Source: Octopus bimaculoides (lineage: Eukaryota). Taken from it: 56,018 bases of DNA. Below the pieces are notes generated by a model. It ran no database searches, was not told where the DNA came from, and was given only the letters and a program-made list of their open reading frames with translations. Below are positions 54,869 to 56,018 of this stretch, piece by piece. A program made the translations under genes and the position numbers. The stretch lies in the NCBI RefSeq assembly GCF_001194135.2, contig NC_068992.1:5697123-5753140 (forward strand), given 5' to 3'. Each line of letters starts with the position of its first letter. The stretch's first letter is position 1.

Positions 54869-54951
<83 letters not shown>
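54868..54951. repeat. (AC)n-(AT)n microsatellite
   Basis: Read directly. Confidence 0.97.
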
Positions 54952-55333
54952 NNNNNNNNNNNNNNNNNNNNNNNNNNNNNNNNNNNNNNNNNNNNNNNNN
55001 NNNNNNNNNNNNNNNNNNNNNNNNNNNNNNNNNNNNNNNNNNNNNNNNNNNNNNNNNNNNNNNNNNNNNNNNNNNNNNNNNNNNNNNNNNNNNNNNNNNN
55101 NNNNNNNNNNNNNNNNNNNNNNNNNNNNNNNNNNNNNNNNNNNNNNNNNNNNNNNNNNNNNNNNNNNNNNNNNNNNNNNNNNNNNNNNNNNNNNNNNNNN
55201 NNNNNNNNNNNNNNNNNNNNNNNNNNNNNNNNNNNNNNNNNNNNNNNNNNNNNNNNNNNNNNNNNNNNNNNNNNNNNNNNNNNNNNNNNNNNNNNNNNNN
55301 NNNNNNNNNNNNNNNNNNNNNNNNNNNNNNNNN
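54952..55333. other. Assembly gap
   Basis: N run. Confidence 0.98.
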
Positions 55334-55371
<38 letters not shown>

Positions 55372-55985
55372 GAGAGAGAGTTTACATAGGTCCTCACTTA
55401 ATCGTAGTAATAAATCAATCATCTTCAAGTTGTAATATATTTTATTTCAGTTCCAATTTGATTTCCTTATTCCACGACCTTCACGCCAAGCAATAATATA
55501 GCTTACAAGAAAACAAATGATATAACATTACTTTAAAACTCCACCGTTTTTTTTTAACTCTCCGTGTATTTATTTATCACAGGTTTATACTAAAGAATTA
55601 CGATCTATCATCAACATGAACAAAAGCAAAATCTAAACCAATAATTACCATACTAAGGATTTAACATAAAATGCAAAACATTAAAAAAATACTAAACGAA
55701 AATTTGAATGTGTCAATGAAATCTAAATTTAATTGTGAATAACAGAAGGTGAAGAGACAGTTTAATGTTTTGTCTTTCTTCATGTGATTGAACAATGAAA
55801 GCGATGCAGTGAAAACTGATTTTAGTATATATCTATGTGTGTGGTTATACGGTTATATGTATTTTCAGTATGTATGAGTATATGCTGGTATACATGCCTG
55901 TGTGTGTTTGTCTACAGTATTCAAATCAGAATATACATATATATGCATAGGTACAGCCACCAACACATGCATACACATGCACGCG

Positions 55986-56018
<33 letters not shown>

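Noticed and set aside
55809-55821. GTGAAAACTGATT, like the 3' half of a bantam miRNA
   Set aside because: Seed does not match and no hairpin precursor is evident.

Overview
AT-rich, repeat-saturated animal DNA with no supportable host gene. The SINE-like repeats and dense (AT)n/(GT)n/(AG)n/(ATT)n microsatellites look like an Octopus-type cephalopod scaffold; this is inferred from recalled repeat similarity, not from a search. About 4.8 kb (roughly 8.5%) is N-gap, in 13 gaps that each abut (AT)n-like sequence. Nearly every ORF in the track is a microsatellite or gap artefact. What can be read is a set of decayed mobile elements: three mariner transposase remnants (one covering most of the ORF), a Penelope-like GIY-YIG endonuclease remnant, two non-LTR retrotransposon remnants, about ten copies of one tRNA-like SINE family, a second SINE family, a short hAT-like MITE with a degenerate 8-bp TSD, and a probable Helitron 3' end. 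The best candidate for something new is a repeat with three copies (3667-3820, 8691-8744, 43116-43390). It joins a tRNA-like Pol III head to a minimal type I hammerhead-ribozyme fold with a palindromic stem III, and one copy sits directly behind a Penelope endonuclease ORF end. Neither longer copy has a complete, intact ribozyme; the fold is reconstructed by combining them.
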